This document shows, piece by piece, positions 37,223-46,630 of a DNA stretch of 64,000 bases; positions within the stretch are counted from its first letter, which is position 1, and each line of letters starts with the position of its first letter. The position numbers were made by a program, and so were the translations under genes. The DNA comes from a bacterium (GTDB lineage Bacteria > Patescibacteriota > Minisyncoccia > Phycocordibacterales > UBA918): contig JAYSUD010000001.1 of assembly GCA_043719295.1 (NCBI GenBank), positions 189,799 to 253,798 of the forward strand, read 5' to 3'. Under the pieces are notes generated by a model, which did not search any database, was not told where the DNA came from, and saw only the letters and a list, made by a program, of their open reading frames with translations.

Positions 37223-37342
37223 GGCTTTCAGAAATGGATGCAAATTCGAGGCGTGCAAATAAAATGAACCGAGGCGTACGTATAGTACGACGAGGGTCAT
37301 TTTATGTAGCACAACGAAGAAGTTGCGCCATTTATGGAAGCC
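37223..37342 (+). repeat. Family A element copy A3
   Basis: GGCTTTCA..AAATG/CATTTATGGAAGCC, GTGC/GCAC, ATAAAATGA/TCATTTTAT, GAGGCGTAC-gtata-GTACGACGA; abuts CTAG stop. Confidence 0.9.
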
Positions 37343-38530
37343 CTAGTTGAAGGTGATAATATCTTCGATGTCATCCTCATCCTCATCCAACTCCTCTGCG
37401 ATAGCTTCGATAATCTCATCCTCATCGTCTGATGAAACTTTGATTCGTTTTGTTGTTCCATCTTCAAATTCAACTGTTGCAAGAGCTTGACCATCCTCAA
37501 TGTCAACTTTGATTTCTTCCATCTCTTGATACTCAAACTCGATGATGTCCTCAACTTCATCTTCATCAATATTAAGTTCATCTGCTACTTCTTCAATGAT
37601 TTCTGCCTCCTTGTCTTCTTCAATGGTAAATTCTTCATCGTCACCATTTTCATATTCTACTTCTACAGTAGCTTCCCCGTCTTCAATTGAAGCGACAATC
37701 GATTCAATTTGATCACTTTCATCATCCTCGTCTTCTTCTTCTTCATCCTCGTCTTCGTCTTCGTCTTCATCACTATTAGATGAAATAAATTCTATATGTG
37801 AAAGAATAGTTGCTTTAGATTGTCCAAGTGAAACAGCTACAGCATCGATAATTTTGAGTTTTGAGTCTCCAGCAACATCCAGAGTCTTTTTTGTACCGTC
37901 GGTGTAAATGATTTTTACATCAGCCTTACTTCCTGTATACGCCGCAGTAATTATTTTAAATCCAGAAGTATTTGGCGCTGTTACGGTAGGTGTTGTAACT
38001 GGCGTTGGATTTACCACTACTGGTGCTATTGGTACAACTGCACCCACAACAGGTTTCTTCTTAAGTACATCAACAGGATAGATATCGTTTGGATATGCTG
38101 CAAAGAATTCATTCAAGAGTGCCTTTGTTGCAGGACCTACAGCTCCGACCGGTTTAAGTCCAAATCGAGTTTGCAAATTCTTGATTGCCTCTTCAGTTTT
38201 CGGTCCAAATAACCCAGAAGATACTCCGTATGGATAGATTTCTTTGTCAGTTGCAAGTAGTTTTTGAATCTTCTTAATATCACTATTAGTTTCACCAAGA
38301 ACTATGTTTTGCGTTAAAACACTTTTTATCGAAGCCCCAAGTACTGTGGGTTGCGGTGCACCCCCTTGTACACTTGCAAGTTTTGCAAATTCTTCTCGGA
38401 GTGACTGTATCTCTTTAATAATAGCGTCCATTCGCACAAGAGAAGCTTGAACATCTGCAGCATGAGTTGATGGAGTTATTGCCACAACTAAAGCTACAGA
38501 GAAAATAAATAATGATAAGTAGTAACGCAT
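37343..38530 (-). CDS. Secreted peptidoglycan-binding protein with acidic repeated C-terminal domains
   Basis: Signal peptide; PG_binding_1-like IKKIQKLL...G.FGPKT..AIK..Q; D/E-rich tail. Confidence 0.8.
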   Translation of the reverse strand: MRYYLSLFIFSVALVVAITPSTHAADVQASLVRMDAIIKEIQSLREEFAKLASVQGGAPQPTVLGASIKSVLTQNIVLGETNSDIKKIQKLLATDKEIYPYGVSSGLFGPKTEEAIKNLQTRFGLKPVGAVGPATKALLNEFFAAYPNDIYPVDVLKKKPVVGAVVPIAPVVVNPTPVTTPTVTAPNTSGFKIITAAYTGSKADVKIIYTDGTKKTLDVAGDSKLKIIDAVAVSLGQSKATILSHIEFISSNSDEDEDEDEDEEEEDEDDESDQIESIVASIEDGEATVEVEYENGDDEEFTIEEDKEAEIIEEVADELNIDEDEVEDIIEFEYQEMEEIKVDIEDGQALATVEFEDGTTKRIKVSSDDEDEIIEAIAEELDEDEDDIEDIITFN

Positions 38531-38622
38531 AGTGAAAAAGGGTTAATTTGGTATACCCCCTATTATACAGATACAAATTCGATAGCAAGAGGAGGTTGAG
38601 AACAGGATATCCTACACACAAC

Positions 38623-38647
38623 AGAAAACCGCCAAAGGCGGTTTTCT
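38623..38647. terminator. Rho-independent terminator
   Basis: AGAAAACCGCC-aaa-GGCGGTTTTCT. Confidence 0.7.
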
Positions 38648-38675
38648 TATGTATATGAGACTTGAGCTGACTGGT

Positions 38676-39788
38676 TTACGCAGCGTCTTCTGCATCTTCC
38701 AATTCATCTGCAGCATCTTTTGCCTTGTCTTCTGCTTCATCAGCTAAGTCCTCTGCTTCACTCCAGTCTTCGTCATCAAATGCATCTTCTGCATCTTCTA
38801 ACAGTTCTTTTGCGTCATCAAGCTTGTCTTGTGCGTCGTCTACATCTACATCATTGTTTGCATCATCGATATCTTCTTGTACAGCGTCAATTTCATCTTC
38901 TGCATCAGAAATTGCATCTTCTGCATCATCTTCTTCATTTGCGTCTTCGTCTTCATCAAGAGCATCGCCAAGTTCTTCTTTGATATCATCAACAAGTGCG
39001 TCTTCTACATCGTCTAGATCCATATCAAGTTCATCAGCTACCTCTTCAAGGACAGCAGATTGTGAAGTTGAACTGACAGTAACAGTGTAGTCGTCGTTGT
39101 CATAGTTGAAAGAAACAGTAGTTTTACCATTTTCGATTTCAACTTCTACTTCATACTCATCATCTTCATCTTCATCTTCGTCCTCGTCATCTTCATCTTC
39201 GTCCTCATCATCTTCATCTTCGTCCTCATCCTCATCTTCGTCTTTATCTTTGTCTTTCTTGTGATCTTTACAGAACAGTCCCCACGCACCTACTTTTTCC
39301 TGTTCACATAAATTTTTCTGAACTTTTTTTGCGATACCAGGTGCACGGAGTAATCCCTCGGGATATGTCTCACCAAATCTTGCCTTAAGATATTCTTCAA
39401 GCAGTTTTTTAGTATCACCGCTTACTTCACCAGTTGGAGCAAGTCCATTCTTCTTTTGGAAACGTTTTACCGCTTCCTTAGTAAGGGGTCCATAGTATCC
39501 AGTAATTTTTCCTTCTGGATAAATAGTTTGATCAGAAGCGAGTATTTCTTGAATTTTCTTGATGTCCGCATCACTCATTCCTTCTCTAAGACCATCTTTA
39601 AGTGTCTCACGTACTTCACCTTTAATCTTTGCAAGTTCAGCTCGGAGAACCTCAACTTGAGCCATTAATGACTTAAGCGTCTCTAAAAGAGACGATACAT
39701 TTGTTGTCGTGGTCGCTGCTTGTGCTTGTGGCGCCTGTACCATAACGCATAACGCGATGGCAAATACTATTCCTGCTAATTTTTTCAT
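38676..39788 (-). CDS. Secreted peptidoglycan-binding protein with very acidic tail (paralog of neighbour)
   Basis: Signal peptide; TGYYGPLT.EAVKRFQ; (DE)n tract and acidic helical repeats. Confidence 0.8.
   Translation of the reverse strand: MKKLAGIVFAIALCVMVQAPQAQAATTTTNVSSLLETLKSLMAQVEVLRAELAKIKGEVRETLKDGLREGMSDADIKKIQEILASDQTIYPEGKITGYYGPLTKEAVKRFQKKNGLAPTGEVSGDTKKLLEEYLKARFGETYPEGLLRAPGIAKKVQKNLCEQEKVGAWGLFCKDHKKDKDKDEDEDEDEDEDDEDEDEDDEDEDEDEDDEYEVEVEIENGKTTVSFNYDNDDYTVTVSSTSQSAVLEEVADELDMDLDDVEDALVDDIKEELGDALDEDEDANEEDDAEDAISDAEDEIDAVQEDIDDANNDVDVDDAQDKLDDAKELLEDAEDAFDDEDWSEAEDLADEAEDKAKDAADELEDAEDAA
39160..39260. repeat. Low-complexity coding repeat encoding (DE)n/(DK)n, about 21-nt units
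   Basis: CATCTTCATCTTCGTCCTC reiterated. Confidence 0.8.
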
Positions 39789-39948
39789 ACTTTGTTATTG
39801 ATTTGATTGTTACTTTTAAATTATTTTTAACTTGAGAATAAACTTTTGACTTAGAATACACACCAAAGAAAAGGCGGTACCTATATAGTATGGACGAAAG
39901 TATTACCCATGTCTTACCATTTATCCCCGCATGTGGTTAAAAGACTTT

Positions 39949-41631
39949 TTAAGACAACAAAAAAACCAATCTTGCAACTCGCACGTAATTATAATCGTAC
40001 TTTTCTTTGCAATATTCAAAAATAGGCTTTAATTTTTCGGTACCACACAGATTAAGTGCTTCTTTTAGTTCAATGTATGACTCATCCCAATCTTCTGGAA
40101 GAATGTGTTCAAAATCCTTAAACGAAATACTTTTCTCATCAGCAAGTTTTTCCACATGTGCCCAAACAGTTGATTCAACCACATCACGTTCTTTTGCGAT
40201 TTCTTTAATTGACTTTTTAAGTAATAACAAACGTTTGGTTTCTTCTAGAGTACTTTCTTTTGCAACACGCTCATAAAGCTTCTTTGGTGACAGCGTAACT
40301 TCGCCTGTATACATTGTACCGCCTCCCGCTTTAATAAAACGTTCGTGCATAGCTTTAATCTCCACTTCTTCCATTTCCTCAAAAGCTCCTTCGGCACTTT
40401 CTGATTCGGCCTTAAATCGCACATCAAATGAGACAATTTTCGGGTCAACTTGTAACGCGGTAGTACTCATGCCAAGCATCTTAAGCCCTGCAAGTGAGCG
40501 GACTCTCGACAATGCAACATAACCCTGTCCGTAGACAAAAGCTTTTGAAAGATCTACTTCAGCAGCATCAAGCGACATTCCTTGGCTTTTATGAATGGTG
40601 ATAGCCCAGGCTAAGCGCAATGGCACTTGTTCAATCTCAGCGATGACCTTCCCTTCTTCTGCAATACTCCATGTTGAGGGCTTCATGACAATCTTTCTTC
40701 CATCATGCGTTTCAATCACCGGATACCCTTCTTCCATATCAAAAGAAATAACTCGCCCGAGCGTTCCGTTCACGTACCCCCCTTCAAAGTTGTTTTTAGT
40801 ACACATCACCATTGCATTCTCTTTAAGCTCTAGGAGTTCTGGTGACAAACAGCTTTTCGCTAAGTTTTGTTGCATCTGCTTATTACCACGAGCTGACATT
40901 GAAAACTTTCGGGTCATACCAGGGAGCACCTTAAGTTTTGCCATATTCACCGCATCAACGTCAGCGTTGTGTGTATAAAGACGCGTTGGTTCGATGTTTT
41001 CGTATGCAATATCGGTTTGTTCTTGTAACAGAGTGTAATGTTCTTCTTCAATTTGATTTTTACGTATTGATTTAAGCAAATTAAGCAATACTTCGTCTTC
41101 TTGTCGAAATTGTTCACTTAAGTAACAAATTAAGGGTTTTGCCTCCTCCCATGCACGACTTTCAAACCCATACCGAAGCGACTCCCCCATTCGTGCAATT
41201 GGCGGCAACTGGAAAAAATCGCCTACAAAAACCACCTGAAGTCCCCCAAACGCCTCAGCAGAGTTACGAACTGTCTTGCAAACAATGTTAACCATATCAA
41301 GCATCTTTCCATCAAGCATTGAGATTTCATCAATAATTAAGACATGCGCTTTTTTTACCTTATCGAGTACTTTTTTATTACTCGCAATTGCGTCGAGGTC
41401 ATAGCGCGTTAGGGTGTCACGTGCTCCAACTCCACTCCACGAGTGAATAGTCATCCCGCCAATGTGTGTGGCTGCAATCCCCGTTGATGCAGTAACAGCA
41501 ACTTTCACTTTAGACGCTTCAAGATACGCTATGTATTTATTTATGACGTACGTTTTCCCCGACCCCGGCTCTCCTGTGAGAAAGACATTCCCCCCTGTTT
41601 TCAAAATTTCCAAAGCCCGATCTTGGTTCAT
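39949..41631 (-). CDS. PIF1/RecD-like SF1B helicase with C-terminal HTH
   Basis: TGEPGSGKT, DEISM, GDFFQLPP, AWAITIHKSQG, YVALSR; TACACT 10 nt before ATG 41631. Confidence 0.9.
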   Translation of the reverse strand: MNQDRALEILKTGGNVFLTGEPGSGKTYVINKYIAYLEASKVKVAVTASTGIAATHIGGMTIHSWSGVGARDTLTRYDLDAIASNKKVLDKVKKAHVLIIDEISMLDGKMLDMVNIVCKTVRNSAEAFGGLQVVFVGDFFQLPPIARMGESLRYGFESRAWEEAKPLICYLSEQFRQEDEVLLNLLKSIRKNQIEEEHYTLLQEQTDIAYENIEPTRLYTHNADVDAVNMAKLKVLPGMTRKFSMSARGNKQMQQNLAKSCLSPELLELKENAMVMCTKNNFEGGYVNGTLGRVISFDMEEGYPVIETHDGRKIVMKPSTWSIAEEGKVIAEIEQVPLRLAWAITIHKSQGMSLDAAEVDLSKAFVYGQGYVALSRVRSLAGLKMLGMSTTALQVDPKIVSFDVRFKAESESAEGAFEEMEEVEIKAMHERFIKAGGGTMYTGEVTLSPKKLYERVAKESTLEETKRLLLLKKSIKEIAKERDVVESTVWAHVEKLADEKSISFKDFEHILPEDWDESYIELKEALNLCGTEKLKPIFEYCKEKYDYNYVRVARLVFLLS

Positions 41632-41720
41632 ATTAAGGTAAGTGTAACATAGTATCTGAGATATATTTACATTTCTAAAAACTGTGTTATAATTTATATC
41701 GGCCAAACAAGGAGGCAAAA

Positions 41721-42173
41721 ATGTACAGGGATTCAGTGTATATGCAGGGTTTTGACCAAAACGAACACCTTCGGCAGCACCCAGAGGTGCTAACTGTTGA
41801 AAATCTCAGTATTTTCAACGAGGTGTTTGGTCAATGGGGCACTGGGTTCACACCAGACAACCCTTATGACAAACTGACGGTTGATGAACGCTGGCTTATC
41901 TATCAAAGAATCATGTTCTTTTTTAAGGTACCAGAAGCATATCGTACTTTCGAAATGCGCCATGATCAGACATATGAACTCTGCAGGCGTCTCCGTGTAT
42001 CCGCGATTTGTGCTCATGACATCAAGTCACGTGGGATAGAAGTTGGGGCCAAAGTCCGGCGTGAGCGTGACAATCTTGAGGGAACCATTCTGGAAATTTC
42101 AGATGCGTTCAAAATCAAAGTGGACAAAACCCAATACTGGCGGAGTTCAAAAGACTTTCAAGTTGTCGCTTGA
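41721..42173 (+). CDS. Hypothetical protein (SD-led ORFan)
   Basis: AAGGAGG RBS, upstream TATAAT, downstream GCATGGGCGA/TCGCCCATGC hairpin. Confidence 0.65.
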   Translation: MYRDSVYMQGFDQNEHLRQHPEVLTVENLSIFNEVFGQWGTGFTPDNPYDKLTVDERWLIYQRIMFFFKVPEAYRTFEMRHDQTYELCRRLRVSAICAHDIKSRGIEVGAKVRRERDNLEGTILEISDAFKIKVDKTQYWRSSKDFQVVA

Positions 42174-42342
42174 CTCCATTACTACAAAAAACTCACCAGA
42201 ATTGTCATTGTGCATGGGCGAAGTATCGCCCATGCGAGGATGCTTCTTTCTTCCACTCACCCCTCCACACTCGTGGACACGGGTGATTTTTTATTTGTGG
42301 ACAGAGAAATTTTTTAGTCCATGATTCATGTATAATTAATGT

Positions 42343-44511
42343 ATGGCAACGCGTTCTTTAACTATTACTGATGTTGATGCAAAGAAAAAACCAGTATCAA
42401 AACGTATTGTACGTTCTCTAAGTTCTGTGCAGAAACAAGTCCCTTCAAAAAAAGGACGAGAAAGCATTTTGAAAACTACTCCTACAAAACAACTTAAGAA
42501 GAAAGTGATTGTTCATGAAGTTACTCCTACTCTTACAAAAAAACTAGTACCTAAAAAGTCAACAAGCATACAAAAGAAGAAAGTAACAAAAGCTATTAAG
42601 CCAAGCCTGAGAAAAACAGCGCCTATCGCACTAACTCCAAAAGTACCAGAAGTCTATTCTTCATGGCACACAACAAAAAAACATACACACGACCACACAC
42701 ACCATACTGTAGCTCATAAAACTGCACACGAAAAACATACAGAGCGTCGTGAAGCACACGGGGCAATTTTAAAACGTGAACCACTCGGACACTTGCTAGT
42801 AGAAAAGATTCTTAAAGAAGGAGGTTTTCATGGTGGAGTGTCTTCAAACAAAGATGTGCTTGATCGCTACTCAAATGATGAAAGTATCTTTACCATCCGA
42901 CCACAAGTAGTACTCCAACCAAAATCGCAAAGAGATGTTGAGATTGCGGTTACGGTACTTGGAAAACAAACACTCCGCTTCCCTTCACTTTCACTCACGC
43001 CGCGTGCTGCAGGGACAGGTCTTGGAGGTGGTTCGCTTACCGATTCAATCATGATTGATGTCTGTACCCACATGCATCGCATCGACGAACCTATTAAAAC
43101 CAAAGCCGGAATCACCATCACTGTACAGCCAGGAGCCATGTGGCGAGACGTTGAAAAGAAACTTAAGAAACATGGTGTGTATCTTCCTTCATACCCTGCA
43201 TCAAAAGACATCTGCTCTATTGGTGGAGCTGTTGCTAATAACGCTGCAGGCCCTGATTCTCTTCGCTATGGTCACACAGCAAATTGGGTTGAGTCACTTG
43301 ACATTGTCCTTTTTGACGGCAAAACATACACCTTCCAACCGGTAACCTATAGTGAGTACAAAACCATCATTAAAAAAGACAACGCACACGCAACAGTTTT
43401 AAAAGAAGTATTTGAACTTATTGAGCAAAACGAAAAAGCTGTGTACGAAGCTAAGCCAAAAACTTCAAAAAACTCCTCAGGCTACGCACTTTGGGATGTG
43501 ATGTCCGGATCGGTAGACTCATTTAAAAAAGGAAGTGGTACGTTGAACCTCGTTAGACTTGTCTGTGGTAGTCAAGGAACAATCGGTATTATAACTGAGG
43601 TCACCATGCGTACTGAGCCAATAACACAAAATACAGAACTTATTGTCGTTCCTGTGTTTGATTTAGCTGATGCAGGAAAAGTGATTTTAAAAGCACTCGA
43701 TTTTGACCCTATTAACATAGAGCTTTTTGATGGTCTTACGTTTGATCTTGCACTTAAGAATCCAGAGTTCTTTAGAGATAGACTTGGAAAATTTGAGTAC
43801 TATCAAGTACTGTTATCTTTGTATACCACCTTCCATGTTCGCTACAACCGAAAAACTCCCGAGTTTACGCTCCTTATCACGCTCGATAAAACAACAAGAA
43901 AACATAGTCCGCAACATCTTGTAGAGACTCTAAAAAACAATGGGGGCAAAAAAGCACGCTTGGTTACAAGTCCTGTAGATACCGAAATGTATTGGCAGGT
44001 TCGTCGTGCAAGTTATTCCCTTTCTAAGTTCCAAGACCCAAACAAACGTCCCGCTGCTTTCTTAGAAGACATGGTTGTTCCCCCAAAGAACATGCCTAAG
44101 TTCTTTATGGAGATTAAACGCCTTTTGAAAAAGTATAACGTCACCGCAGCAGTTCATGGTCATGGAGGAAACGGACACTTGCACTTCTACCCACTTATTG
44201 ACTTTGAAAACAAAACTACTCCAACCCTGATCATGAAAATGACCGAAGAGTTTTTCGCAACTGCTTTAAAATTTGATGGAAACCTATGCGGTGAACATAA
44301 CGATGGTATCATCCGTACTCCGTACATCGACAAAATGTTTAGCAAAGAAGCTATGACCCTTTTCAAGCGACTTGAACACCTTTTTGATCCTGAAGACATC
44401 TTCAACCCAGGAAAGAAAGTAAATCCAAAGTTTGACATCAAAACCTCTATTCGTCATACCAATAACAACACACAACCTCGTAAAGGAAACGAGGTTACCG
44501 GTCCTGTCTAG
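42343..44511 (+). CDS. FAD-linked oxidase (GlcD/D-2-hydroxyacid dehydrogenase-like) with basic N-terminal extension
   Basis: RAAGTGLGG, CSIGG.VANNA.G, GSQGTIG, HGG.G.LH, GEHNDG, FNPGK. Confidence 0.85.
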   Translation: MATRSLTITDVDAKKKPVSKRIVRSLSSVQKQVPSKKGRESILKTTPTKQLKKKVIVHEVTPTLTKKLVPKKSTSIQKKKVTKAIKPSLRKTAPIALTPKVPEVYSSWHTTKKHTHDHTHHTVAHKTAHEKHTERREAHGAILKREPLGHLLVEKILKEGGFHGGVSSNKDVLDRYSNDESIFTIRPQVVLQPKSQRDVEIAVTVLGKQTLRFPSLSLTPRAAGTGLGGGSLTDSIMIDVCTHMHRIDEPIKTKAGITITVQPGAMWRDVEKKLKKHGVYLPSYPASKDICSIGGAVANNAAGPDSLRYGHTANWVESLDIVLFDGKTYTFQPVTYSEYKTIIKKDNAHATVLKEVFELIEQNEKAVYEAKPKTSKNSSGYALWDVMSGSVDSFKKGSGTLNLVRLVCGSQGTIGIITEVTMRTEPITQNTELIVVPVFDLADAGKVILKALDFDPINIELFDGLTFDLALKNPEFFRDRLGKFEYYQVLLSLYTTFHVRYNRKTPEFTLLITLDKTTRKHSPQHLVETLKNNGGKKARLVTSPVDTEMYWQVRRASYSLSKFQDPNKRPAAFLEDMVVPPKNMPKFFMEIKRLLKKYNVTAAVHGHGGNGHLHFYPLIDFENKTTPTLIMKMTEEFFATALKFDGNLCGEHNDGIIRTPYIDKMFSKEAMTLFKRLEHLFDPEDIFNPGKKVNPKFDIKTSIRHTNNNTQPRKGNEVTGPV

Positions 44512-44596
44512 AGTTACAAAAGTTTTGAACAGATTAAAATTGCTTACAAGTACATGCAGGTATATAGTCAAACTATGCAAACAAAGGGAGGATGAA

Positions 44597-44857
44597 ATGC
44601 TTGCAGAACGCACATTCGCAAATACTATCTCAGGAATGACCTGGAATGGAACTGATATCGATCAAGCCACAAGGGAGTTCTTTATCGCAACCCCCTATCG
44701 CTTCTGTGAACCAGCCTTGAAGCCAAAAGACAAGGCAAAGCTTGTGGAAAAGAGAATGATTGAACTGGGTCTCATGCACCAAGACACAAACTCAGACGAA
44801 ATGATACTTCTGACCACGGTCTTGGATGAATTGCTTCACGCTCAACCACGTCGCTGA
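44597..44857 (+). CDS. Hypothetical protein (SD-led ORFan)
   Basis: GGGAGG RBS; TTGCTT-17-TATAGT promoter. Confidence 0.55.
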   Translation: MLAERTFANTISGMTWNGTDIDQATREFFIATPYRFCEPALKPKDKAKLVEKRMIELGLMHQDTNSDEMILLTTVLDELLHAQPRR

Positions 44858-44961
44858 ATTCCGCCACTAAAAAAGATTCGCTCTCCAGCCATCTTTGTTG
44901 GAGGCGGTCTTTTTTTGTTTTGATATTTAAAGAAAATTTGCTATAACTATCGAGTCCATTT

Positions 44962-45033
44962 GGTCTCATCGTCTAACGGTTAGGACGCAGGATTCTCATT
45001 CCTGCAATCGGGGTTCGATTCCCCGTGAGATCA
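44962..45033 (+). tRNA. tRNA-Glu (anticodon CTC), no encoded CCA
   Basis: GGTCTCA acceptor / TGAGATC-A; CAGGA-TTCTCAT-TCCTG anticodon arm; CGGGG-TTCGATT-CCCCG T arm. Confidence 0.95.
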
Positions 45034-45208
45034 CGAGTACAAGAAAGAGCGCCTCTAGGCGCCTTTTTTGTTCGTGATCTCACGAGTAACAGTGTGGGAC
45101 ACTGTTACGTGGGAATCGAAAAGCGGCTTGAGATACTTTATGAACGAAGTGAAATAAAGTATCCAAACGCTGCACAGATTCTGTAAGAATTGATTCCCCG
45201 CGAGATCA
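45034..45208. mobile_element. tRNA 3'-end-associated mosaic element
   Basis: Direct repeat of tRNA 3' end (45192-45208, 16/17), split inverted copy (45073-45084 and 45111-45120), module C hairpins. Confidence 0.7.
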
Positions 45209-45220
45209 TAACTATAAATC

Positions 45221-45931
45221 CTACCCTCCTCCAAACTCCCGTACTATCTCCTTTTCATTTTTGGCATCAAGGGACTTCTTGAACCTTGTGCTTTTTTTGC
45301 CTTTGACTCTGCTTTCGCACTCTGTCCATGTGGCATGTATTTGTATAACCCCTTCTACCATACTGATATACGAAAAGGCTTTCTGAGCTCCGCGCTTGCG
45401 GGCGTCACTTCGTTCTTGTGCTTTAGCTTCATCAAACGTAGTGTCTTCGATATTAAATCCATACTCGCTTTTTGGTCCACGATACAGTTCACACGTTCCC
45501 TTTTCAGCAAAAGTTGAAGCGATAGTGTCAGCTCGTTCATTACCAATAATACCAACGTGCCCTGGCACTTTGTGCCACTCTACCGCAACTTGTTTTAGTA
45601 GTGGCAGGAGTGCTTGCCATAATTCCTTGTTTGCAACATCGGTATCTGCTTTTGTTTTCCAACCGTTTTTGACCCATCCAAAAATCCACCCTTTCGCACC
45701 TTCAACTACGTACTTTGAGTCAGTATAGATTGCCACTTGAGTAGAGGTACGTGCTACTTCTTTGAGCGCTTCAACTACCGCAGTTAATTCCATTTCGTTA
45801 TTGGTCGTACGTTCTTTGTACCCACCGATTTCTACCACTGTATCTGCATACGAAATCACAACCGCAAATCCCCCGCGTCCTGGATTCCCTTTTGCTGCAC
45901 CGTCAGTAAAAATGGCAACGTTCTTTTGCAT
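45221..45931 (-). CDS. rnhA: Ribonuclease HI with C-terminal viroplasmin-like hybrid-binding domain
   Basis: FTDGA..GNPG.GG, TNNEMEL, TDS.Y, GH....GNE.AD; C-terminal TW.ECE.RVKG....FKK. Confidence 0.88.
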   Translation of the reverse strand: MQKNVAIFTDGAAKGNPGRGGFAVVISYADTVVEIGGYKERTTNNEMELTAVVEALKEVARTSTQVAIYTDSKYVVEGAKGWIFGWVKNGWKTKADTDVANKELWQALLPLLKQVAVEWHKVPGHVGIIGNERADTIASTFAEKGTCELYRGPKSEYGFNIEDTTFDEAKAQERSDARKRGAQKAFSYISMVEGVIQIHATWTECESRVKGKKSTRFKKSLDAKNEKEIVREFGGG

Positions 45932-46020
45932 AGTTCAAAAAGTGTAACATGCGGCATCTATATGTACCGCACCTGTCAAACTGCATCGCTATTATTGTGT
46001 AAGTTTGCTAGGATGCACCT

Positions 46021-46587
46021 ATGAAAGTAACTGGGGCTAAATTTATAAAGGGTCTTGTTGGCAGAGATGCACTACTTGAAGACGGCAGACCTCAAATTGC
46101 TTTTATTGGGCGTTCGAACGCTGGTAAGTCGAGCCTCCTTAATTCCCTTACCAATTCAAAGAAATTGGCAATAGAAAGCGATACGCCCGGTCGTACACGC
46201 GAAATTAATGTGTTCTTAATTAACGAGTCACATTACTTCATGGATCTACCGGGATACGGGTACGCTAAAGCAGGTGGTCGCAATCTTGATGCGTTAGGTG
46301 AACTGATCTCCTGGTACCTCTTTGAATCAGGCTGCAACCCTACTGTTGTCCTTCTTATTGATGCTGTAGTTGGTCCTACACTTGATGATTTTGAAATGTT
46401 ACGCGCACTTGAAAATGAACGTAAGAATATTGTTGTAGTAGTCAACAAGATAGATAAAGTTAAGAAATCGGAGTACCACAAACAGCTCAAAAAACTTGGA
46501 AGCCAAATCCCCGGACATACACTATTCCCCTACTCCTCGAAAGCTAAAATCGGCATCGCAGAGTTAGCAAGCAGACTCCTTATTTGA
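46021..46587 (+). CDS. engB: Ribosome biogenesis GTPase YihA/YsxC
   Basis: GRSNAGKSS, TPGRT, DLPGYG, NKID. Confidence 0.93.
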   Translation: MKVTGAKFIKGLVGRDALLEDGRPQIAFIGRSNAGKSSLLNSLTNSKKLAIESDTPGRTREINVFLINESHYFMDLPGYGYAKAGGRNLDALGELISWYLFESGCNPTVVLLIDAVVGPTLDDFEMLRALENERKNIVVVVNKIDKVKKSEYHKQLKKLGSQIPGHTLFPYSSKAKIGIAELASRLLI

Positions 46588-46630
46588 GTCCATGTCCGCA
46601 GTGATGTAATGCTCGATACTCCCTATGAAC

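Noticed and set aside
37148-37312. Long N-terminus of the YgjP-like ORF
   Set aside because: The upstream start lies inside repeat A3; ATG 37147 (or 37210) is more plausible.
38720-39090. Ser-rich and His/Leu-rich ORFs on the plus strand
   Set aside because: Antisense shadows of the D/E-rich coding sequence.
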